Assembly: GCF_963921235.1 (NCBI RefSeq)
Contig: NC_086097.1
Span: forward strand, 173,044,001-173,108,000
Origin: Mobula hypostoma
Lineage: Eukaryota
Reading direction: 5' to 3'
DNA length: 64,000 nt
Shown here: positions 49,015 to 59,720 of the stretch, piece by piece
How positions within the stretch are numbered: position 1 is the first letter of the stretch
Layout of the letters: each line of letters starts with the position of its first letter
The notes under the pieces: model-generated
Databases searched by the model: none
The model's input: the letters and a program-made list of their open reading frames with translations, nothing else
Told to the model about the DNA's origin: nothing
Translations under genes and position numbers: made by a program

Positions 49015-50249
49015 CATGTGTTGGGTACAGAGGTGAGGACAAGAGCAAACACTATCTCTGTTAAGGCAGTGGAAAGATGGGGTGAGCACAGATGTTTAGG
49101 AAATGGAGGAGATGCGGTTGAGGGCAGCATCAATAGTCGGGGAAAGAGAACCCTGTTCTTTGAAGAAGGAAGACATCTGTGATCCCAGGATGCATCTGTT
49201 CCCAGGATGAGGCTTTCCTTTCCATCTCTGATATCCTGGCAGAAATGTGGCAGAGATTATGCAACTGAGAAAAGGGAATGTCATGTGAAGAGGTACAGTC
49301 AAGATAGCCATGGGAATCAGTTGGTTTACAAAAGATATCAGGAGACAGTTTATCTCCAAAGTTGAAGACAGAGAGATCATGAAAGGGAAGAGAGGTGTCA
49401 GAAATGGACCAAGTGAATTTCAGGGCAGGGAGACAAAGAAGATGAAACTGACAAGCTCAGCATGCGCGCACAAAGCAGCCTCAATGCAGTGTCGTTGTAG
49501 CACAGAAAGAGTTGGGGAGCATTACCAGGGGAGACTTGGAACATGTAGCCATAAAAAGGCAGGCATACCTGGAGCCCATAGGAGACCTATAGCTACACCT
49601 TGAGCTTGGAGAAGGCAGGGAGGAGCCAAAAGCAAAATTGCTTAGGGTGAGGACCAATTCTGCCAGACAGAGGAGAGTGGTGGTGGAGGGGAACTGGTCG
49701 GGTCTATTGTCATGAAAGAAGCAGAGAGCTTTAAGGATGGGGGACAGAAGTGTATAGGGACTGGGCGTCCACGGTGAAAAAAGGGTGACCAGGGCCAGGG
49801 AACTGAAAGCTTGTGAAGTTATACAAATGTAGGAAGGGACTGAACCAAGGGGGATAAAATGGAGTCAAGTTACGTGGACATGAGTTCAGTGGGACAGGAG
49901 CAGGCAGAAATAATGGGCCTACTGGGACAGTCAGGTTTCTAGATCTTGGGTGAGGTAAGGGAATTATGAGGTTAATGGCAGTGCATGGGATATCTCAAGA
50001 GTTGATGGTAAAGATGCCACTGATAAGTGGTGACTCTGCATGCAGGTCCAATGTTCCCACTTAGGCCTACTATAGCAGAAGTCCAGAGACAAAGCCATGG
50101 GGACTTCAGCAAGAAGCATTGTTTTAAGACATTTAAGGAATTTATGGATACTCAAGGTCACTGAATGCCGGATGGCAAACTTGGGTCGCGAGTGCACTTC
50201 CCTATAACCAGGGAATCCATTGTGGGTTTCAGGAATGCAAGTCTGGAGA

Positions 50250-51408
50250 ACACACACCCGTCATCATCGAGGGATCAGCAGTGTAAAGGGTCAGCAGTTT
50301 CAAGTTCCTGAGTGTCAACATCTCTGAAGACCTATCGTGGACCCAACATATTGATGCAATTACAAAAAGGTCACGACAGCAGTTATACTTCATTAGAAAT
50401 TTGTGGAGACTTGGTATGTCACCAAAGACACTTGCAAATTTCAACAGATGTACAATGGAGAGCATTCTAATTGGTTGTGTCACCGTTTGGTATGGCAGGG
50501 GCCACTGCACAGGCTTGGAAAAAGCTACAGAAATTTGTCAGCTCAGCCAGCTTCATCATGGGCACTAGCTTTCCCTGCATCGAAGACATCTTCAAAATGC
50601 AATTTGTCAAAAATGTGGCATCCATCATTAAGACCATAAGACATAGGAGCAGAATTAGGCCATTTGGCCCATAGAGTCTGCTCTACCATTCAATCATGGC
50701 TGATCCTTTTTCCTCCTCTTCAGCCCCACTCCCTGGCCTTCTCCCTGTAACCTTTGATGTCGTGTCCAATCATTCTCTGCCTTAAATACACCCAATGACC
50801 CTGGCCTCCACAGCTGTGTGTGGCAACAAATTCTACAACTTCATCACCTTCTGGCCAAAGAGATTTCTCCACATCTCTGTTCTGTATGGATGCTCCTCTC
50901 ATTTATTTTTTCTTTTTATTTTTTTTTAAACTGTTTAACCAGACATTTTATTCAATTGTGATTATGTTCATATTTCCAGAGTTATCACACAGTAAAAGTA
51001 AACATCATATGACGTTTGCACTCCAAAGTATGCAAGAAAAATGACAGCACTAGTCCAGTGATTTTTACATTCTGGATGGTATTCACACATTCCCATTCAT
51101 CTTTAAGGACCCCCATCACCCAGGACATGCTCTCTTCTCAATGCTACCATTAGGGAGGAGGTGCAAGTGCCCTGAAGACATACGTTTAATGTTTCAGGAA
51201 CAGCTTCTTCCCCTCCACCATCAGATTTCTGAATGGACAATGAATCTATGAACAACACCTCACTATTATTTTTCCTCTTTTTTTGCGTTACTTACTTTTT
51301 CATATATACTTCTTGTATTTTAGTTTTTTCACGATGTATCACAATGCACTGCTGCCACAAAACAAATTTCACAACATATGCGAGTGATATTAAACTTGAT
51401 TCTGATTG
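50250..51408 (+). mobile_element. Rex1/Babar-type LINE 3' part, interrupted at ~50632-51105 by an antisense CR1 tail and AT-rich DNA
   Basis: RVSSFKFLSVNISEDLSWTQHIDAITK..QQLYFIR..LGMSPKTLANFNRCTMESILIGCVTVWYG, then KDPHHPGHALFSMLPLGRR...FRNSFFPSTIRFLNG; tail attaaacttgattctgatt. Confidence 0.88.
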
Positions 51409-51727
51409 ATGGGATTGGTGATAGTGTTGGAGACAATGTCCTGATGGTCCTCAGTGGGATTCTTTTCAAGGGGTAGGAGGACGTGTCTGAGCATTGCTGC
51501 CCAACCTCAGCAAGGTAGAGGTCAGTCTGCTACACTGCAACAGCACCTGCTTTGCCTGCATGTTTGATGGTGAGGTTGGGATTGGCACAGAGATAGTGGA
51601 GGCACTGCATTCAGAGCGGCTAAGATTCAATGAGGCGAGAGGAGTGCTGAAGTCAACCCAGTAGATGTTTCATCAGCAATTCGAGATAAAAGGATCCAGG
51701 GCAAGCAGAAAACCAGAACAGGTTGAC

Positions 51728-51870
51728 CAAGAGGAGGAGGGGGATTGGAGATGGGAGGAGGGGGATTGGAGACGGGAGAAGGGGAGGTTGGAGACGGGAG
51801 GAGGGGAGGTTGGAGACGGGAGGAGGGGGGTTGGAGACGGGAGGAGGGGGGTTGGAGACGGGAGGAGGGA
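51728..51870 (+). repeat. G-rich minisatellite, ~21-bp unit (TTGGAGACGGGAGGAGGGGG) x ~6.5
   Basis: Directly visible tandem array; it produces the repetitive ORFs in the track. Confidence 0.92.
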
Positions 51871-52589
51871 TCAGGCATTCTTGCCAAAGAAGTGGTCTCA
51901 GAGATGGAGATGATGGAAGAAGAGGTCAGCATGGTGGTGGGCATGAATCTCACTAAGGTACAGGCAAAGGGAGTCAAAGTTAAGGCCTCTCTGCCTCAGA
52001 GAGGGGAAGATCAGAGGGAATGGTGAAGACAGAAGAGATTGGGGGGAGGGGTAAGAGTTGGTGACATCAGAGGAGAGAGGAGGGTGGAAGAAAGATGGAG
52101 GCTCAGAGGACCCAAGAGATGACAGGGGTGCCAAGGAGACCCTAGGTTGGGGAATAGTAGTGGGGAAAGGGAAGCCCAGGGATCCAGTAGCAGTGTGAAA
52201 GGTCTCGACCTGCAGCTAGAGGTGACCAAGGTTGGGGCTGCAGCCGGAGGTGGAGGCCACGTAATTCATAGTCTGAAGGTGGAGTTGGTGATGGTGGGAT
52301 CTGCCTGCGGCCGTTGTAACCGTTGCTGGTGATGGTGGTATCCATGGTTTTGAAGCATCCGATCGAATCGAAGTCTGAGTGGGATGCCACTTAAAAAAAC
52401 CACTTAATCCATCGATAGTTGGAGAGATAAACTACACACATGATGTGTCCTCAACAATATGTCCAATAGACTTGCCTGGAATAATTTGATTGGGAGAGAG
52501 ACAATGCCAAGCAACAGAAATGCAATCTAACTAATTATCATACTCAGTTTATTCTCAATCTGATGGGTTTTACCAGTAATAGAAAGTAA

Positions 52590-52812
52590 ACAAAAGCTCA
52601 GATGCTGGAACATGAAACAAAATCAGGAATGCCGAAAGAACCCTGCCAGTCAAGCAGCAACTGTGGAAAGAGAAAAACACAAGAGATTCTACAAATGCTG
52701 GAAATCCAGAGCAACACACACAAAATACTGGAGGAACTCAGCATGTCAGGCAGCATCTATTGAAATGAATCAACAGTCAATGTTTCGGGCTGAGACCCTT
52801 CATCAAGACTGA
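52590..52812 (-). mobile_element. Two tandem Penelope pLTR fragments
   Basis: cagatgctggaacatgaaac.. followed by cacaagagattctacaaatgctggaaatccagagcaacacac...gtttcgggctgagacccttcatcaagact. Confidence 0.8.
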
Positions 52813-53882
52813 TATATGCTTGAAGGCCTGATTGCCTCATCCTGCTCCCAGTTGTTTGTGTCCTTGCATTCAGCTGATTTTATATAACCTCCACTCAGAA
52901 CAATAAATAACTCAAAGCTCCACTATACCAACATGTAGGAAAATGATTTGCTACAAACAGAGTTACAGTACGCTGTCATGAGGAGCGTCCTGCAAGATTT
53001 CAATCATTATTGTAATAAGTATTAAATGCTGAAGACTAACTGTATTTCCTTCTTTATGCCTAAATATTGAACAATTAATGAAACACTTGAAGGGGCAAAA
53101 AGGCACTTTGAAGTTTCTTAAACTGAATTGTATTGTATAAATAAAACCTATCTAATAAATATGATGCTATGTAATGGTCATTCCAGCGAAATTACAGGTA
53201 TTTGGCTTGATGTAAATATATCTTCGTGAAGATGTTTTATCATAGGCAAGGTTACTTAAAAAAACATTAATTTTCATCTTAGGAAACCTATAGTCACAAT
53301 CATTTATTCATTTTAAAAGTGCATGTTACCAATTCTAAACACCTACAATTGTTTTGCCATTTCTGGTAATGCTCATTTTAAATATTACACTAAAAATACA
53401 AAACAGATGAGCAGAGAAATTCATGCTGTCAAAATTCTCAGTTCATTTGCTCTGTTAAGAGAATATAAGTTTACTGATTAGATTATTATGATACCAGTAT
53501 AAAGCTGCTCGGGATGTTAATAATATACTCATATTGTTCCTATTTCTAATTCATTATTAAAACTATAAAAAGCAAATGATGTCAGATTCTGGCCCTAAAA
53601 TATCTTGCAAGGGTGACAATTTTGCTTTAACATTCCAACATCTTTAAGTCACACATTTCATTAACCCACACGGGCCAGATATTGTAGCATTATTAAAACA
53701 CAAAGCCAGCATGAAATAAAAGAAGGTGGTTATTTTGAAACTCTAGATTTCTGCTACAAAGGGAACTCCATGGGGAATAGAGAGAATTGGTGGCAAAGAA
53801 ATAACACATTTATGTTGATGGAAATCCATGGTTACTGTATATCAAAGTTACACAAGTAATATAATGCATAACAGTCATATTC

Positions 53883-54480
53883 TTTACTTTATACTTTATT
53901 GTCGCCAAACAATTGATACTAGAACGTACAATCATCACAGTGATATTTGATTCTGCGCTTCGCGCTCCCTGGAATACAAATCAATAGTAAGTATTAAAAA
54001 ACTAAATTATAAATCATAAATAGAAATTAGAAAAGGGAAAGTAAGGTAGTGCAAAACAACCAAGAGGCAGGTCCGGATATTTGGAGGGTACGGCCCAGAT
54101 CCTAGGTCAGGATCCGTTCAGCAGTCTTATCACAGTTGGAAAGAAGCTGTTCCCAAATCTGGCCGTACGAGTCTTCAAGCTCCTGAGCCTTCTCCCGGAG
54201 GGAAGAGGGACGAAAAGTGTGTTGGCTGGGTGGGGCGTGTCCTTGATTATCCTGGCAGCACTGCTCCGACAGCGTGTGGTGTAAAGTGAGTCCAAGGACA
54301 GAAGACTGGCTTGTGTGATGTGTTCGGCTGTGTTTACGATCTTCTGCAGCTTCTTCCAGTCTTGGACAGGACAACTTCCATACCAGGTTGTGATGCACCC
54401 TAGAAGAATGCTTTCTGCGGTGCATCTATAAAAATTAGTGGGGGTTTTAGGGGACAGGCCAAATTTCTTTAGCTTTCTCA
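53883..54480 (-). mobile_element. Rex1/Babar-type LINE 3' end (young)
   Basis: ORF 54107..54295 (-): LYTTRCRSSAARIIKDTPHPANTLFVPLPSGRRLRSLKTRTARFGNSFFPTVIRLLNG; tail gacaataaagtataaagtaaag. Confidence 0.9.
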
Positions 54481-54879
54481 GTGATTCTCATTAAGATGAT
54501 AGAATACTCTCTTGAAGAGTTTTACATTTTTCTACCCTATTGCATTGACAAGTATTCGGGGCATCTGAATTAATCCCAGCAAGGTTCAAATGCATTATTT
54601 TTAATTTATAGAGTTACAATGGTAGCATTCACATTTAATTGTAATAAGCTTGTCACTTATTTTGCCATGGAATGTAGAGAAAATGAATACACATAATACT
54701 TCCAGATGACAATCAGAAAATAATAATCTTCAATTTGTAATATAGCTGCAGAATAAGCACCTCCAGAATCCATCTTATATTATGAATTTTAATACATAAT
54801 TCTCTTTCAAATGCAAATTCATAACATATATTGTAATCAAATGCAAATTCATAAGATATAATTGAGAGAGAAATAAGTC

Positions 54880-56015
54880 ATGAACCCAGCAGGAAATTAT
54901 GGTGAGCCTGACATCAGTAGTGAGAAAGTCATTGGAAGCCATTCTAAGGCACCGAATATATGAGTATTTCGATAGACAGGGACTGATTAAGGATAGTTAG
55001 GCATGGCTTTGTGCATGATAGGTCATGTCTAACCAATTTTTAGAGTTTTTTGAGAAAGTTACCAGGAAAGATAAAGACAAGGCAGTGGATGTTGTCTACG
55101 TAGACTTTAGCAAGGCATTTGACAAGGACCTTGGTGTCACAGATGACACCAAGATTGGGGGTGCAGTGGAGCAAGGAACACTATCATGGCTTGCAGCAGG
55201 ATCTGGACCAGCTGGAAAAATGGGCTGAAAAATAGCAGATGGAATTTAATGCAGACAAATACGAGTTGTTGCACTTCCGTAGGACCAACCAGGATAAGTC
55301 TTACACAGTGAATGGTAGGGCACTGAGGAGTGTGGTAGAACAAATGAATCTTGGAATACAAGTCCATAATTCATTGAAACTGGTGTCACAGTTTGATAGA
55401 GTTGTAAAGAAAGCTTTTGGCACATTGGCTTTCATAAATCAAACTACTGAGTACTGGAGATGGAATGTTACGTTGAAATTGTATAAGACATTGGAGAGGC
55501 CTAATTTGAAGTACTGTTCGTATTTTTGGTCACCTATCCACAAGAAAGATGTAAATAAGGTTAAAAGAATACAGAGAAAATTTATAAGGATATCGCCAGG
55601 TCTGGAATCATATGGAAAGATTGAATAGGTTAGGACTTCATTCCTTGGAATATAGAAGATTGAGAAGAGATTTGATAGAGATATACAAAATTATGAGGGG
55701 CTAATAAAGCAGACTTTATCCATTGAGGTTGGGTAGGAATAGAAAAAGGGTTAAGGGTGAAATGTGAAAAGTTCAAGGAGAACATGAGGGGAAACTTCTA
55801 TCTGAGGGTCTTGAGAGTGTGGAACAAGCTACCAGCACCAGTTGGGCATGGGAGCTCGATTTCAACATTTAAAAGAAGTTTAGATAGGCACATGGATGGT
55901 AGGAGTATGGACAACTATGGTCCTGGTGCAGGTCGATGGGAGTCAACAGGTAAATGGCTTGGCGCGGACTAGATGGATCAATGGGCCTGTTTCTGTGTTG
56001 TACTTTTCTATGATA
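54880..56015 (+). mobile_element. CR1 LINE with internal deletion
   Basis: AVDVVYVDFSKAFDK jumps directly to DDTKIGG, then LYKTLERPNLKYC..FWSP; tail gggcctgtttctgtgttgtacttttctatga. Confidence 0.9.
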
Positions 56016-58884
56016 TACGTCTGTCTCTTTAAAAGAGCTATCTGATTAACCGTAAGCCACTCTTCTTCTCCCACAGCATTGCAATATTTTCCTTTAACAG
56101 CCATTTAGACAGACACCGTAAACAATGGGTAATTGAGGGATGTAAACAATGTGCATGCAGATATGTAGTTTAAATTTGCCTTATGGCTGGTACTTGCAAA
56201 GTGGGCCAGAAGACCTGTTCCTAAGCAGTATGGTTCTCTGTTGTTAAAGACATTTCCACTCCATTGTGAGAATTGCCATTGCATCTGATTCCACCATCCT
56301 TCCTGGCAGCATGAGGTGTCATTTTTGAATTAAGTGTTGTCAGGGAAAACACCACTTTCTTTGAATCTCATCATGGGTTTATTCTGCCATTCAATTATTT
56401 CAAGTTGGATCTGCATGTTAATTCCAGCTATTCAGACAGATATTTAATATTCATGAAATCTTCAGCTGATGGACAAATATTTCAGGACAGTGAGAGCTCC
56501 AGATTTAGACTATCTTTTGATAAAGAAGTACTTCCTGATAACAAATTTGAAAGGCCCAACTCTAACTTTGTTCTGGACTTCTCTGGTCAGAGGCAAACAT
56601 TCCCAGAAAATGAATTCATTTAATATTCCCCTTCTGATATTTATTGCAGCAATTTAATATTTTTCTGTTTTTCAAGTAATTGCAAAAATATTGAGTCACT
56701 GAAACACAATAGGCAAAAATAGTTGCTGCTATCTGCATTTATAATAAGCTACAAATTTTCAGATCAACAGCATCTGCAATGTCTTACCTGAAATACCAAT
56801 TCAAAGCAAATTATACGATTCTGAGGAAGCAATGTTTTTAATTTATGCTCTTTAAACATTACCACATAGAAACCATTGACCATCCTTTTATAGACAGAAG
56901 TTCAATAAGGTTGTCAAGAAATTAGGAATAATGCAACAACAAACATGTGGAACTGAAGTACTTAAAATCAATTTGTCTTTTCAAGTGTTGTCGAGATGAA
57001 AATGAAACCAGTGGGGCCCACCTTTTTATTATATACAAATGTGGTCTAAAGCAACCACAGGAAATCAAACACTGTCCTCAATGAAACAGTCTGTCTCATG
57101 ACTAGCTTCTGGAAAGGATGTGCCTTTTTAAAAGGCCAGTATGGGCCACCGATAGAAGGTCTGTTTCCAGATGCATAATACCTCTCTCTGTCTGGCTAGA
57201 ATTACAGCAGAACACCAAAGCACTGGAACCCACAGAGACCTTACAAATGCAACCCACTAGAATAAAAACAATCCACTGGAATAAGCACAGCCAACTTGTG
57301 CGTTTAAGTATTTTAGATACAGTACAATTTTCCCCTATAGATAATAACCTTTATAAATACAAAACAACGAATGTTTGCATATTTAGTGCAGCTGATGAGC
57401 TAGCAACAAAACTGAGGTTATTTGAAGTTCAAAAAAAAAAGTTTTGAATGAATCAAAATCCACAGTTCAAAGAAGCTGCAACAAGTTATTGGCAAAAATA
57501 ATTGCTCTAGCCATTATTAAGGTCTTAGCCTCTGACTTCCTCAGCAGGCTGGAACAGTAATGTTTCTGTTACTCAAAGCACTGCGCCAGTATGGCCACCA
57601 TTAGTGGTAGAGGAATGGGGGGGGGGGAGGAGTTGTGTTGGTCGGAATGGGAAATCAGTTAAAGGCACAAGTGGTGGACAGAGCAGGGAGGTCACATTTG
57701 AAAGATAAGTCATTCCAAGCTACTGTGGAACCTACCAGTTCCCAGTTACCAATTGAAAATAAAGCTGACTGAGGTCAGGGGGTAATGCACTTACTCACTT
57801 CCTCAGATGGCAAATTATATACAACTTGGGAGATCCAAGGAGTCAGCAGGGGAAGGCAAAAATATCTACAATGCTCCACAAAAAAGATACAGTAAATAAT
57901 TAGAAAGAGAACAACTTGTACTTCGCTTCTGATGAGTTACGAATTCTGTTGGAAATTAGTGTCATCAATATATGTTTGATTAAAGCTCTTGTTATAGATG
58001 GTGTGAAGTAAAAATTCTTGAAGAAAATGAGTGGATATTGCAAATCAGTGCACTATTTTTTGCTATTGTGCAACAACTCATGTGAGCTATTACAATGCAT
58101 TTGTACTTGGAATAGAACTATTCAAATGATCCACTGAAATTTTAAAATATGATTTCATCAACAAAGTGAGAAATTAGCTCTGCGACTAGAACACCAGACA
58201 GTAACTCCAGAGTACAGCTGGCTCACTCGTATAACTTTTCAGTATCGTCCTATTCATCATGAGCATAACTTGCGTGATTTCCAAATTTATCGAGAATGCA
58301 GCAGCAGTTTAAACTTTTAATTAATGTATCTAATGAATAATGGAATCCAATTTCACTCCAGTCTAATTTTCTGAACAATACAATTTTCCCCTATAGATCA
58401 TAATCTTTATAAATACAAAACAGAAAATGGTGTTGAAATAGCCTTTCTCAAACATGCAGTTGGCAGTTAGGTAAAGATAAGGCAGAAGCAAAATGCTCTA
58501 GAGTCTGAAAATCTAGTAATTGCTGCCTAACCTACTCAATACTTAAAACATCTCTTGGTTTATTAATGTGGAACAATGTCGTCTGAGTGGTGCAGTGATT
58601 TTACTGACACTGTAATTGTAAGGTGAGCAATCAAATGGAAGCTCATAGTCAGGGTTGGATGGCAGACATACTCAGGCAAGCCTGGCACTTCTCTCAGACA
58701 TAAGGGTGGATTTTTTCTCTCTCTTGTGTAGGCACTTGGCTAAATTGGAGACTCAGAAGCCTTTCTCGTGATGTAGGGAGTCCACAGAGAGAGCAAGCAG
58801 ATGAAGTGTAAGAGGTAATATGATGCACTTATCATTTCCAAATGCTTTGTGATTTTCTCACTGCACACCAAATTGGAAGTGTGT

Positions 58885-59405
58885 GCAACACACACAAAAC
58901 GCTGGAGGAGCTCAGCAAATCAGGCAGCATCTGTGGAGAGGAATAAACAGAAAACATTTTTGGCTGACACCATTCCTCAGAACTGGAAAGGAAGGAGGCA
59001 GAAGTCAGAATAAGAAGATGGGGGAGGGGAAGGATTACAAACTGGCAGGTGATAGGTGAAACCAGGTGTGAAAGAATTTGGCCTCATTATGGCAGTATAG
59101 GTACCATGCATAGACATGTCAGAACGGGAATGGGAAGCTGACTTGAAATGGGGGCCAAGGAAAGAGTGAAGGTGCTTGACAAAACGAACTTCCGATCTGA
59201 TCAGGTCTCACTGATGTAGAGGAAGCCAGACCAGCAGCACCAGATACAGTAGCTGATTCTGACACACTCTCAGATGAAGTGTTGTCTCACTTGGAAGGAC
59301 TGCTTGGGACACTGAAAGGTGGTGTGGAAGGAAGTAAAGGGGCAAGTGTAGTATTTGTCACACTTGTAGGGATAAATGTCAGGTGGAAGATGAATGGGAG
59401 GAATG
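58885..59405 (-). mobile_element. Penelope-like 3' fragment (pLTR + partial GIY-YIG)
   Basis: caacacacacaaaacgctggaggagctcagc...gatgaagtgttgtctcacttggaaggactgcttggg, homologous to 12461-13260. Confidence 0.8.
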
Positions 59406-59619
59406 AGTTTAGGAAGTATATTCTGCAGGATTAAGCAGATGAACAGACTACAGAAAGGCCTGAGGCAGACTGTTCAGCTGTATCTGACAAAAGATCTGCT
59501 ATTAGCCCACAATGATGTGGAGTTGTCTATGTGCTGAGCTTAATCAATATTTAACTGATGTATTAGTGCCTTCTTGGTTTTAACCGCTCAGTTCTTATAG
59601 CATGCTACTTGTTCTGGTA

Positions 59620-59720
59620 AAACCTTAACTCTGTCTCTATCTCCACAGACGCTACCTGACCTGCTGAGTATTTCCAGAATTCTATTTCTATTTCAGTTTT
59701 CCAGCACTTGCAGGTTTGTG
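59620..59720 (+). mobile_element. Penelope pLTR end
   Basis: ttaactctgtctctatctccacagacgctacctgacctgctgagtatttccagaattctatttctatttcagttttccagcacttgcagg. Confidence 0.7.

Larger units (their letters stand above)
47683..52390 (-). mobile_element. Near full-length decayed Penelope-like element, interrupted by a mariner-type element, a Rex LINE and a CR1 tail
   Basis: pLTR 47683-47825, GIY-YIG ~48070-48430, thumb and RT ~49020-49950 (same motifs as 12461-14278), and the N-terminal region resuming ~51410-52390. Confidence 0.8.

Noticed and set aside
51627..52026. Pro-rich and Gly/Arg-rich ORFs
   Set aside because: Translation artefacts of the G-rich minisatellite.
57385..57430. gtgcagCTGATGAgctagcaacAAAActgaggtt, which resembles a hammerhead
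   Set aside because: The GAAA box is absent, stem II does not pair, and there is no 3' partner for stem I. Treated as chance.
57118..57447. 109-aa + strand ORF containing NTKALEP, vaguely like VPS13B NMTGLEP
   Set aside because: Wrong strand for the gene, and the similarity is too short to be meaningful.
57922..57965. CTGATGAgttacGAAt, which resembles a hammerhead
   Set aside because: GAAU instead of GAAA, a one-pair stem II and no proper NUH or stem I register.
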